From NCBI GenBank assembly GCA_002753335.1, contig PEAD01000023.1:1-49524 (forward strand): a DNA stretch of 49,524 nt. The letters are read 5' to 3'. The notes beneath the pieces were generated by a model that worked only from the letters and a program-made list of their open reading frames with translations, had not been told where the DNA came from and ran no database searches. Positions 29,307 through 38,681 of the stretch are shown here, piece after piece. The stretch comes from Nitrospirae bacterium MYbin3. Lineage in GTDB: Bacteria; Nitrospirota; Thermodesulfovibrionia; Thermodesulfovibrionales; Dissulfurispiraceae. The number at the start of each line of letters is the position of its first letter. Positions within the stretch are counted from its first letter, which is position 1. Both the position numbers and the translations under genes were made by a program.

Positions 29307-29838
29307 AAGATATCTTCGCATTGCACTCGGCTTATTCGGGCTCTTAATAGTTCCGATAACCTTAATGCTGCCTAATGCTTTTTACTGGTCTGATAACGGA
29401 GACCTGAGCTTCACATTTAAGTGGTTCTTTTTCCCCTCAATGCTTTTATCGTTGTGGGTATTTACGAGAAAAAGCTTATGCGAACGTATGCCTGCATGGC
29501 AGCGGTATCTCACTATGCCTTTTATTTCTTTGCTTGCAGTGGCGGTTTTAAACGGGCCCGTGCTGTTTGTAAATGCGCTGCTCCCAGGAAAAGGTGTTGT
29601 AATTTTAGAGGGGGTGGTCAAAGAAAAAAGCTCAGCATCCTCAAAATCAAACGCCAGGATAATTTTTACAGACAATAACAACGTTAGTTATCGCTGGCCT
29701 GTACACGGCAGTACTTACGCGCTTGTTCAACCCGGTGACAATTTTCGCATAAAAGTAAATCTTGGAGGTCTCGGTATTCTTTTTGTGCGTTCGGCAGACA
29801 CATACTGGGAGTTGAATCCAAAGACCGAGCAAAAATAA
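29278..29838 (+). CDS. Hypothetical membrane protein (3 TM + small C-terminal beta domain)
   Basis: ORF overlapping the SRPBCC gene; hydrophobic segments; start uncertain. Confidence 0.65.
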   Translation: MRLKTNFRIKRYLRIALGLFGLLIVPITLMLPNAFYWSDNGDLSFTFKWFFFPSMLLSLWVFTRKSLCERMPAWQRYLTMPFISLLAVAVLNGPVLFVNALLPGKGVVILEGVVKEKSSASSKSNARIIFTDNNNVSYRWPVHGSTYALVQPGDNFRIKVNLGGLGILFVRSADTYWELNPKTEQK

Positions 29839-29859
29839 TCCTAAACGGAGAAAACAACA

Positions 29860-30951
29860 ATGGAAAACGACACCCATCCGGATCTCAACAAATACGCCTT
29901 GACTGCAACCTTCACAAAAATAATAGCGGGGGCGCTTTTGCTGGTGTCTGTCGGCTTTATATTCGTTGGATTCATCTCGATTCAGCAGGGGATATCGCAT
30001 GATGGCGCTATGGCATATCCACTTTCCGCTGCCTGTCTCGCCATTGCGATATTGTCCGAAATTCTCCGCCGTTTTCTGCTTAGGTACAATGAGAAAACAT
30101 TTATCACCCCCTTAAAACTTGCATCCCGGCTCATGCGGCAAAGTCCCCCAAAAGAGATGGCAATGAGTGCAAGCGGAGTTCACGCTTTAAACGGATCGTT
30201 GGTCGGGCTGGAGGATTCTAAAAATACAAAGTTTCCGGCATTGTTTCCTTTTTCAAAAATCCAGAAACCTTCAAGCGGAGAGCATCCGGTAGAAGTATAT
30301 TTCGACCCGACCATAGGCGGCAAGACTATTGCTATGCGCTTGCAGAAATCTATGATTATTGGGAGGCATCTGACTTATACAGAAATCATGTCAGAGTCAA
30401 AACTGCTTAAAAGATTTATTTTCGCAACAATAGGCATATTTGCCGTTATATTTGTTCTTGGGTCTGTATGGAAATATTATGAAGCCTCATCAATTCATGC
30501 TCTTGCGGTCGAGACCCGCTCTTGGACCGAGACAGACGCATTAATAATTTCTTCAGAAGTTGAAGAGAAAACCAAAAGCATATTCGCAAGCCGTGGCCCG
30601 AAAAAATTATTCAGGGCAAATGTTACTTACTCATATATGGTTGCCGGCAAAAAATATATCAGTAATTCTCCTTGGCCATCCTATGAGCCATCACCTGACA
30701 GGAATACGGCCGATAAAATAATAGCCCGCTATCCTGCAGAGAAAGAGGTGCGCATACATTACAAACCCTCCGATCCTTCTATTTCCTTTCTGGAGGCCGG
30801 TCATGAAGACGAGGCTCTTGACAACACAACAAGAATGAAGACCGGAGTTATAGCAATGATTGCGGCAGGGATAATCCTTTTTTTAATTCTATTTTTTATT
30901 ACACATGTCCTTACCGGAAAAATAGCTAAGTTTGCGGAGAAATATAGATAG
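29860..30951 (+). CDS. Membrane protein with a DUF3592-like C-terminal domain
   Basis: SWTETDALIISSEV...VTYSYMVAGKKY...YPAEKEVRIHYKPSDPSISFL between TM helices; GGAG SD. Confidence 0.75.
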   Translation: MENDTHPDLNKYALTATFTKIIAGALLLVSVGFIFVGFISIQQGISHDGAMAYPLSAACLAIAILSEILRRFLLRYNEKTFITPLKLASRLMRQSPPKEMAMSASGVHALNGSLVGLEDSKNTKFPALFPFSKIQKPSSGEHPVEVYFDPTIGGKTIAMRLQKSMIIGRHLTYTEIMSESKLLKRFIFATIGIFAVIFVLGSVWKYYEASSIHALAVETRSWTETDALIISSEVEEKTKSIFASRGPKKLFRANVTYSYMVAGKKYISNSPWPSYEPSPDRNTADKIIARYPAEKEVRIHYKPSDPSISFLEAGHEDEALDNTTRMKTGVIAMIAAGIILFLILFFITHVLTGKIAKFAEKYR

Positions 30952-30955
30952 CAAC

Positions 30956-30994
30956 ATAAAAGGAAGCCCCGATTCAATCGGGGCTTCCTTTTAT
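30956..30994. terminator. Bidirectional intrinsic terminator
   Basis: ATAAAAGGAAGCCCCGATT-C-AATCGGGGCTTCCTTTTAT perfect inverted repeat between convergent genes. Confidence 0.9.
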
Positions 30995-31029
30995 ACAAAA
31001 ACAAAAAACTGCTTTAGATTATTTGTCGG

Positions 31030-31350
31030 TCATTTCCTTTTTTGGATTATATCGTCCGCCCAGCTTAACGCTGCAGAAACCGTAGGGAATCCTATAGTGC
31101 TCGAAAGCAGGATTATAGCATGATAAATCTCTTCCGGCTTTACACCAGCAGCGAGAGCCCTTCTCGTATGCGAATGTACTGCCCCCTCAGACCTTATCGC
31201 TGCCGAAGCAGCAAGCTGCACCAGTTGGGAAGCCTTTTCATTAAGAGGGCCCGCAGCCTTTGTTGCCTTGCCTAAATTGTCTGCTGCCTTGGAATAGGCC
31301 TTAAATCTTTTTCTTATGCTCTCGTACTGGCTCGGAAGTTTTGTTGACAT
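31030..31350 (-). CDS. Carboxymuconolactone decarboxylase (CMD/AhpD-like) family protein with no Cys
   Basis: GPLNEK..QLVQLA...SEGAVHSHTRRALAAG..PEEI...TIGFP. Confidence 0.85.
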   Translation of the reverse strand: MSTKLPSQYESIRKRFKAYSKAADNLGKATKAAGPLNEKASQLVQLAASAAIRSEGAVHSHTRRALAAGVKPEEIYHAIILLSSTIGFPTVSAALSWADDIIQKRK

Positions 31351-31372
31351 GAAAAGCCTCCTATTGTTAGTT

Positions 31373-32761
31373 CTAGCCTATTACAAGCGACGGCATGATT
31401 CCTATAGCAAAGACCATCATAATGGTTATGGCAAGAGCAAGTGCAAGTGTCGGAGACGGGGTTATTGAAGCCTCCTCTGTCATATCCTTCATGTACATGT
31501 TCATCACAATCCTAAGGTAATAATACGCTGATACAGCGCTGAACATAACCGCGATAATCACAAGCCATGCGTAACCTGCCTGCACCGCTGCCATAAACAG
31601 GTTAAACTTGCCTATAAAGCCGGCTGTCGGGGGAATGCCTGTGAGAGAAAACATAAAAACAAGCATCAGGCCTGCAACCAAAGGCTGGCTCTTTGCAAGA
31701 CCTTCGTAGTCCTTAATCTCATCTCCCCTGTCGAGAAGGATGATGACAGCAAAAGCGCCCATATTCATGAACGTGTAAATGAGCAGGTAAGTTATCATCG
31801 CGCTCAAGCCTTCGCTTGTGCCTACTATCACGCCGATGAGCATATAGCCTGCATGCGCAATGGATGAATACGCAAGCATTCTCTTTATATTTGTCTGTGT
31901 AATTGCAAGTATATTCCCTACCGCCATAGTCAGAATAGATATGCCTATGAGCACAGGCACCCAGTCGGCCTGCAGGCTTTGAAATGCAACATAAAAAATC
32001 CTGCCTATAACCGCAAACCCGGCAGCCTTAGGCCCTATAGACATAAATGCTGTTACCGAAGTAGGCGCTCCTTCATAAACATCCGGCGCCCACATATGAA
32101 ATGGTGCAGCAGCTATCTTAAAACAGAATGCGGCTGTTATGAACATCATAGCCATAACAACTGGAAGTGATGAGCCCTGAAATTTAAAATATACTGATAT
32201 GGAGTAAATATCGGTGGTTCCGGTAAGCCCATAAAGCAGCGATATTCCGTAAAGCAGTATAGCGGATGAAAATCCTCCGAGCAGCAAATATTTTATTGCA
32301 GCCTCATTGGAGCGAATATCGTGTTTTTTTATTCCGGCAAGAATATAGGTGCTGAGCGCCATGAGTTCAAGCCCCAAGTAAAGGACTATCAAATCCTTGG
32401 CCGAAGCCATAAGCATCATGCCGGCAGTTGCAAAAAGGAGCAGACTGTAATATTCGCCGTATTCCGCTTTTTCGCGCTTCATATACTGCAGCGATATCAT
32501 TATCGTAAGCATAAGGTTTAAAAGGAATATGAATTTGAAATATATGCTGTAAAGGTCGCTTTTGAACATACCGTTGAATGTGTCTCCGATAGACATCGGC
32601 ACAAAATACATAGCAAGAGCTGCGATACCTATGCCCATAAAGGCAAGCACGCCCTTGTTTTTAAAGAAGAGCTCAAGCAGCAACATAATGGTGGCTGCCG
32701 AGATTATGACTATCTCGGGCATTGCCGGCGCAAGATCCGGAAACGGAAGATTTACATTCAT
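31373..32761 (-). CDS. nuoN: NADH-quinone oxidoreductase subunit N
   Basis: EAAIKY, FKIAAAPFHMWAPDVYEGAPT, KRMLAYSSIAHAGY. Confidence 0.95.
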   Translation of the reverse strand: MNVNLPFPDLAPAMPEIVIISAATIMLLLELFFKNKGVLAFMGIGIAALAMYFVPMSIGDTFNGMFKSDLYSIYFKFIFLLNLMLTIMISLQYMKREKAEYGEYYSLLLFATAGMMLMASAKDLIVLYLGLELMALSTYILAGIKKHDIRSNEAAIKYLLLGGFSSAILLYGISLLYGLTGTTDIYSISVYFKFQGSSLPVVMAMMFITAAFCFKIAAAPFHMWAPDVYEGAPTSVTAFMSIGPKAAGFAVIGRIFYVAFQSLQADWVPVLIGISILTMAVGNILAITQTNIKRMLAYSSIAHAGYMLIGVIVGTSEGLSAMITYLLIYTFMNMGAFAVIILLDRGDEIKDYEGLAKSQPLVAGLMLVFMFSLTGIPPTAGFIGKFNLFMAAVQAGYAWLVIIAVMFSAVSAYYYLRIVMNMYMKDMTEEASITPSPTLALALAITIMMVFAIGIMPSLVIG

Positions 32762-34284
32762 TTTATCACCTCTATCATCTCTGTCATTTCTTTTGTAAGC
32801 TGTGGCAGGCTTTGCGGAGGGTTTACCCTAAGCAGCAGATTCTGGACGGTCACATCCATGAACCCCAGAAAGGTGTTAGGATATACGCCTATCCAGAGAA
32901 TGAGCAGCAGCATCGGAAGAAGAGTAAGAACTTCTCTCGCATTGATATCGCCATGGCAGTGCTCCTTTACGGTTGCAGAGGTCTCCATAAAAAACACCCT
33001 CTGATAAAGCAGGAGCATATATGCCGCGCCTATTATGATTCCTGTTGATGCAAGAACGCCTAAAGGTTTGGAGGCTGTGAAGCCGCCGAGAAGGATAAGA
33101 AACTCACCCACAAAGCCGTTGGTTCCCGGCAGTCCAATGGACGAAAGAGTAAATACCATAAAAAACGCCGCAAAGACCGGAAGAACCGAAGAAGTTCCTC
33201 CGTAATCAGCTATAACTCTGGTATGTGTGCGTTCATAAATCATTCCTACGCTGAGGAACAGCGCGCCGGTTACTATGCCGTGGTTTATCATCTGAAGTAT
33301 GCCGCCCTGAACACCCTGCACATTCAAGGCAAAGATGCCTAGCGTCACAAATCCCATATGGCTTACCGAACTGTACGCTATAAGCCTCTTTAAATCGGTC
33401 TGTCCCAGACAGATTATGCCGCCGTAAATTATCGCTATAACAGAAAGCACCATCATCGCAGGGGCCATGTCCCTTGAAGCATCCGGCAATATCGGCATGT
33501 TAAACCTTAGAAAACCGTAAGCTCCCATTTTTATCAGAACACCGGCAAGGATTACGCTGCCTGCTGTCGGCGCTTCGGTATGGGCGTCCGGCAGCCATGT
33601 ATGCACCGGAAACATCGGGACCTTGACCGCAAAGGCGGCAAAGAAGGCCCAGAATAAAAGAATCTGAAGATTGTAAGGATAGTTCATTGTCATCATATGG
33701 GTGATGTCAAAAGAGTACCCCGAGTTGAAATAAAGTATGATTATTCCGACAAGCATAAGAAGACTGCCGACAAGCGTGAAGAGAAAGAACTTTACCGCAG
33801 CATACACCCTGTTCGGACCGCCCCAGACACCAATAAGCAGGAACATCGGTATAAGCATAGCCTCCCAGAATATGTAGAAAAGAAACATGTCGAGACTGCA
33901 AAAGACGCCTATCATCGAGCCTTCTATCAAAAGAAGCGAGGCATAGAACTCCTTGGTTTTATCTTTTATCGCGGTCCACGACACCGTAACGCATAAAATA
34001 GTAAGCAGTGTCGAAAGCAGGACAAACAAAACGCTTATGCCGTCAACCCCGACAAAATAGGAGATGCCGATGGAGGGCACCCAGTCATGCTTTTCAACGA
34101 ACTGCATGCTGGCCGTTGTCCTGTTGAAGTCGGTGAACAATGGAACGCTCAATAAAAATACCAGCACGCTGAGCGCAAGGGCGGTCCATTTTATGAGGGC
34201 TTCTTTGGCCCTGTTCATCATAAAGATCATTACCGCTCCAACTATCGGCAGGAAGATTACGGTGCTTAAAATCTTGTAGCTCAT
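32758..34284 (-). CDS. nuoM: NADH-quinone oxidoreductase subunit M
   Basis: FWEAMLIPM, VKVPMFPVHTWLPDAHTEAP, AYSSVSHMG. Confidence 0.96.
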   Translation of the reverse strand: MSYKILSTVIFLPIVGAVMIFMMNRAKEALIKWTALALSVLVFLLSVPLFTDFNRTTASMQFVEKHDWVPSIGISYFVGVDGISVLFVLLSTLLTILCVTVSWTAIKDKTKEFYASLLLIEGSMIGVFCSLDMFLFYIFWEAMLIPMFLLIGVWGGPNRVYAAVKFFLFTLVGSLLMLVGIIILYFNSGYSFDITHMMTMNYPYNLQILLFWAFFAAFAVKVPMFPVHTWLPDAHTEAPTAGSVILAGVLIKMGAYGFLRFNMPILPDASRDMAPAMMVLSVIAIIYGGIICLGQTDLKRLIAYSSVSHMGFVTLGIFALNVQGVQGGILQMINHGIVTGALFLSVGMIYERTHTRVIADYGGTSSVLPVFAAFFMVFTLSSIGLPGTNGFVGEFLILLGGFTASKPLGVLASTGIIIGAAYMLLLYQRVFFMETSATVKEHCHGDINAREVLTLLPMLLLILWIGVYPNTFLGFMDVTVQNLLLRVNPPQSLPQLTKEMTEMIEVIK

Positions 34285-34295
34285 TTATTCCCCCT

Positions 34296-36221
34296 CTATT
34301 TCCCTGCTGCTATGAAAGCAATGGTTAGAATCAAAAAAAGCCCGAAAGCTATGCTTATCGCGTAATGCTGGAGATTGCCGGACTGCAGCTTCCTGAGCCT
34401 CTCTCCGAATCCGGCTATGGCATTAGGCACGCCGTTTACTATTCCTTCAATTATCTTGGCATCAGTAAAACCAATCAGTATGGCCGTAGCTGTCCATTTT
34501 GCGGGCCTGACTATTATGAAATCGTAAAGCTCGTCAAAATAATATTTATTCCAGAGCACCTGGTAGTAGCCTTTGAATATTTCACCCATGCGAATAGGCA
34601 GTTTGGGATTAAGCACATAAAACAGAAATGCCAAAGCTATTCCCAATACCGCTCCGGTAACTGATATCGCCATTACCATCCATTCCTCGTCATGGCCGCC
34701 GCTTACCTTTGGATGCCCGAGCACCGGCTCGAAGAAATGACCGATGCCGTTATGACCGCCCAGCACTTCTGGTATGCCCACCCATCCTGCCGCAACAGCG
34801 CCTACAGCAAGAATCATAAGAGGAATAGTCATCGCTTTGGGAGATTCATGGAGATGATGCTCCTGTTCATGTGTGCCCCTGAAGCTGCCGTGGAATGCAA
34901 GAAATATGACCCTGAAGCTGTAAAAAGCGGTAATGGCTGCAACGAGAGTGCCTATAAGCCAAACGATCTTTCCGACATATCCCCCGTTGTAAGCCATCCA
35001 GAGTATTTCGTCTTTACTGAAAAATCCGGCAAGCCCCGGAATGCCGGCTATGCTGAATGAAGCTATCAGAAATGTCCAATATGTGACAGGCATATGCTTT
35101 TTAAGTCCGCCCATCTTCTGTATGTCAAGCTCACCGGACATTGCATGCATAACGCTTCCTGCACCGAGGAAGAGCAAGGCCTTGAAATATGCATGAGTAT
35201 AGAGATGAAAAACGCCTGCCCCATAAGCTCCCACACCGCAGGCCAAAAACATATATCCGAGCTGGCTCACTGTAGAATATGCGACGATCCTCTTAATATC
35301 ATTTTGCACAAGAGCTATCGTTGCCGCAAACAGGCTCGTTAGACCTCCGGTCAAAGCCACAACATTCATGGCTGTTTCGGACATGCTGAAAAGCGGATTA
35401 AACCTTGCAACCATAAATACGCCGGCCGTGACCATAGTAGCGGCATGAATCAGCGCGCTAACAGGGGTCGGGCCTTCCATAGCATCAGGCAGCCAGACAT
35501 GCAGCGGAAGCTGGGCCGATTTGCCGACAGCCCCGCAGAAAAGAAGAAGCGCTATAAGTGTTACAAGATCAACATTCATTCCGCAGATGGCGATAGTCTG
35601 GCCCTTAAGCGTATCCAACTTGGCAAATATCTCTGTATAGTGCAGACTGCCGAGCATAATGAACAGCATCATAACGCCTAAACCAAAGCCAAAGTCACCG
35701 AAACGGTTTACTATGAACGCCTTCTTGCCTGCATCCGACGCGCTCTTTTTATCAAACCAGAAACCTATCAGGAAGTAGGAGCAAAGGCCGACAGCCTCCC
35801 ACCCGAAATAAAGCTGAAGCAGATTGTTTCCCATAACCAGCATAAGCATAGAAAAAGTAAAGAGGCTTAAATAAGAGAAGAACCTGTAATAACCGCCGTC
35901 GCCGTGCATGTATCCTACCGAGTATATGTGCACCAGAAGGCTTATGCTAGTTACAACTATGAGCATTATTGCGGTTAGCTGGTCTATCATAAAGCCGATG
36001 CTGACTTTAAAATTACCCGAAACTATCCATGAATAAACATCCTGATTAAGCGTCCTTCCGCCCATAACATCAAGCATCGTCTGCACCGCAATGATAAACG
36101 AGCCTGCCACGCCTAATATGGCCACCCAGTGGGCGTTGTTTTTTATATAGCTCCTTCCGAAAAGAATGTTTATCAGAAAGGCGACTAAAGGCAAAATCGG
36201 AATCAGAATCGCATTGTCCAT
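34296..36221 (-). CDS. nuoL: NADH-quinone oxidoreductase subunit L
   Basis: GWEAVG and KSAQLPLHVWLPDAMEGPTPVSALIHAATMV. Confidence 0.96.
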   Translation of the reverse strand: MDNAILIPILPLVAFLINILFGRSYIKNNAHWVAILGVAGSFIIAVQTMLDVMGGRTLNQDVYSWIVSGNFKVSIGFMIDQLTAIMLIVVTSISLLVHIYSVGYMHGDGGYYRFFSYLSLFTFSMLMLVMGNNLLQLYFGWEAVGLCSYFLIGFWFDKKSASDAGKKAFIVNRFGDFGFGLGVMMLFIMLGSLHYTEIFAKLDTLKGQTIAICGMNVDLVTLIALLLFCGAVGKSAQLPLHVWLPDAMEGPTPVSALIHAATMVTAGVFMVARFNPLFSMSETAMNVVALTGGLTSLFAATIALVQNDIKRIVAYSTVSQLGYMFLACGVGAYGAGVFHLYTHAYFKALLFLGAGSVMHAMSGELDIQKMGGLKKHMPVTYWTFLIASFSIAGIPGLAGFFSKDEILWMAYNGGYVGKIVWLIGTLVAAITAFYSFRVIFLAFHGSFRGTHEQEHHLHESPKAMTIPLMILAVGAVAAGWVGIPEVLGGHNGIGHFFEPVLGHPKVSGGHDEEWMVMAISVTGAVLGIALAFLFYVLNPKLPIRMGEIFKGYYQVLWNKYYFDELYDFIIVRPAKWTATAILIGFTDAKIIEGIVNGVPNAIAGFGERLRKLQSGNLQHYAISIAFGLFLILTIAFIAAGK

Positions 36222-36224
36222 CGC

Positions 36225-36527
36225 TTACCCCTTCATCTCCATTATTTCATCCGTATGCACGGCAGACTTGTTCTTGAACAAGGCCACAAGTATCGCAAGG
36301 CCTATTGCAGCCTCGGCAGCAGCCACGGTTATTATGAAAATCACAAAAACCTGACCGCGAAAATCCTGCAGATAATGGCTGAACGCCACTAGGCTTATAT
36401 TCACAGAGTTGAGCATAAGCTCTATAGACATCAGCATTATGATAATATTTCGCCTTACGATAAAGCCTATCATCCCTATAACAAAAACTATGGCGCTCAG
36501 GCCTATATACCAGCTTAAAGGTACCAT
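36225..36527 (-). CDS. nuoK: NADH-quinone oxidoreductase subunit K
   Basis: RRNII...IELMLN...AAAEAAIGLA. Confidence 0.96.
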   Translation of the reverse strand: MVPLSWYIGLSAIVFVIGMIGFIVRRNIIIMLMSIELMLNSVNISLVAFSHYLQDFRGQVFVIFIITVAAAEAAIGLAILVALFKNKSAVHTDEIMEMKG

Positions 36528-36549
36528 CTATCCTCCTTAATATGTCAGG

Positions 36550-37068
36550 CTATCCGCCGCTTGCCTTTTCTTTCTTGGCAAGCACTATGGCGCCCACTAT
36601 CGCAATCAAAAGAATTATCGAAGCAATTTCGAACGGGAAAAGATAATCCATATAAAGCACCCTTCCTAAGGCCTTTGTATGGGTCTCGGCCTTTACAGCC
36701 TCTATGCTCGCCTGTCCCATCGGGCCATGCGAGAACTTGCCTATGCCGAGAATCACAAGCGTCATTACGGACAGGCCTATTGCCACACCTATCGGCCATT
36801 CCCCAATGCAGATATCTGCGTTCAGTTCATGCTTGATGTTCAGCATCATAATAACGAAGAGGAACAGCACAAGAATCGCGCCCGCATACAGAATAATCTG
36901 AACCGCAGCAAGAAACTCTGCATTCAGGAAAAGATATAAGCTCGCTATATGAAAAAACAGCACCAGCATCCAGAGCACGCTATGCACCGGATTTCTCCGC
37001 GTAATTATCACAACAGAAAGAGCGATAATAACAACCGCGTGGTATAAAAAAAAGAGTATCGGCAGCAT
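36550..37068 (-). CDS. nuoJ: NADH-quinone oxidoreductase subunit J
   Basis: NPVHS, AEFLAAVQIILYAGAI, YLFPFE. Confidence 0.95.
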   Translation of the reverse strand: MLPILFFLYHAVVIIALSVVIITRRNPVHSVLWMLVLFFHIASLYLFLNAEFLAAVQIILYAGAILVLFLFVIMMLNIKHELNADICIGEWPIGVAIGLSVMTLVILGIGKFSHGPMGQASIEAVKAETHTKALGRVLYMDYLFPFEIASIILLIAIVGAIVLAKKEKASGG

Positions 37069-37616
37069 CAGTCAGCCCTCCTGTTTTTTAAAACCGGCTG
37101 ATTTTCGGGCGTGCCGAAATCTTCGGCCAAAGGCCTCCAGTATTTTTCAAAATACTGCTCGCCCTTTTTACCAGCCATAAATTTATCCCAATTATTGAGA
37201 AGCTTTTCCTTGGTCATAAAAAGCGCCTCCCTCGAATAGTCCGAATACTCAAAATGCTCGGTGAGAACGACCGCTCCAAAAGGGCAGGCCTCAACGCAAA
37301 AACCGCAGAAAAGGCATTTCAACACCTCAACCTCGTAGCGGTCAACAACCTTGGTATGGTCAACGCCCTCGCTTGTGTAAATACTTATACAGCGAGAGGG
37401 GCATATTGCGGCGCAAAGACCGCAGCCTACGCAGCGGAGCGAGCTGTCCGATTTTCGTACAAGTGCATGAAGCCCCCTGAACCCGGGCAAGGCCTCTCTT
37501 TTCTCTTCCGGATACTGTCTTGTAACAGGCTTTGTGAACATAGTCTTGAGTGTCAAGGCCATGCCCTTCAGTATCTCGGTCATGAATATTCTTTTTGTAA
37601 GTTCATTAAATGTCAT
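37068..37616 (-). CDS. nuoI: NADH-quinone oxidoreductase subunit I
   Basis: YPEE, FRGLH, CVGCGLCAAICP, CLFCGFCVEACP. Confidence 0.95.
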   Translation of the reverse strand: MTFNELTKRIFMTEILKGMALTLKTMFTKPVTRQYPEEKREALPGFRGLHALVRKSDSSLRCVGCGLCAAICPSRCISIYTSEGVDHTKVVDRYEVEVLKCLFCGFCVEACPFGAVVLTEHFEYSDYSREALFMTKEKLLNNWDKFMAGKKGEQYFEKYWRPLAEDFGTPENQPVLKNRRAD

Positions 37617-37637
37617 TGCCGGCTCCTGTAACCCTTT

Positions 37638-38681
37638 TTAGTTCATAAATTTGATGATAGCGGTCACAACTATATTCAACAGCGCAAGGGGAATAAGCAC
37701 CTTCCATCCGAGCGCCATGAGATGGTCATACCTGTATCTCGGCAGCGTAGCCCTTACCCAATAAAACAAAAACACATGTATATATATTTTCAATACAAAC
37801 CATATTATTCCGGGCACTGCTGCGAGCGGAGGAATCACTTTAATAAAAATCGGAGGAATGGACCAGCCGCCCCAGAAGCAGGTTACCGCTATAGCAGACA
37901 TAACTATCATGCCGACATATTCTGCCACAAAGAAAAGAGAGAACCTCATGCCGCTGTATTCAACAAAATATCCTGCAACAAGTTCTGTTTCTGCTTCAGG
38001 CAGGTCAAAAGGCGTACGGTTTGTTTCGGCAAAAGCGCCCACCATAAAAATAAAATATCCCAAGAACTGAGGAAAGAGGTACATACCATACCAATGCTGC
38101 TGCTGGGCAAGCACAATCTCTTTGGGATTAAGTGAACTGGACATTATCATAACGCCCACAAGGCTGAGGCCAACAGCAATTTCATAGCTTATAATCTGGG
38201 ACGATGAACGCAGCCCGCCCAGAAACGAGTATTTAGAATTGGAGGCCCACCCTGCCATAACAAGGCCGTAAGCTCCGAGCGATGACATAGCGAGCAGGTA
38301 CAAAAGACCAACATTGATGTCAGCGATTATAAACCCATCGAAAAACGGGATAACAGCCAGAGAACTCATTGCAGCAAAAAGCATCACAATAGGCGCAAGC
38401 TGAAATACCGTTCTATCAGCGGCAGCAGGAATCAGATCCTCTTTGAAGAAGAGCTTTATGCCGTCGGCAATAGGCTGCAGCAGCCCGTGATAACCAACAC
38501 GCATCGGCCCCATTCTTACCTGCATGTGGCCAATGACCTTTCTTTCAAAGTAGGTCGCATAGGCTACATGAAGCATAGTCACCCCAAGCACAAGCGCTAT
38601 CTTTACCAGTATGACAGCAACCACACCGATAATTGTGTCCGGGTACAGTATCGGGTAAATCATAGTCTCAATAATATTCAA
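37638..38681 (-). CDS. nuoH: NADH-quinone oxidoreductase subunit H
   Basis: ERKV...RMGP, QPIADGIKLFFKE, ETNRTPFDLPEAE. Confidence 0.96.
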   Translation of the reverse strand: MNIIETMIYPILYPDTIIGVVAVILVKIALVLGVTMLHVAYATYFERKVIGHMQVRMGPMRVGYHGLLQPIADGIKLFFKEDLIPAAADRTVFQLAPIVMLFAAMSSLAVIPFFDGFIIADINVGLLYLLAMSSLGAYGLVMAGWASNSKYSFLGGLRSSSQIISYEIAVGLSLVGVMIMSSSLNPKEIVLAQQQHWYGMYLFPQFLGYFIFMVGAFAETNRTPFDLPEAETELVAGYFVEYSGMRFSLFFVAEYVGMIVMSAIAVTCFWGGWSIPPIFIKVIPPLAAVPGIIWFVLKIYIHVFLFYWVRATLPRYRYDHLMALGWKVLIPLALLNIVVTAIIKFMN

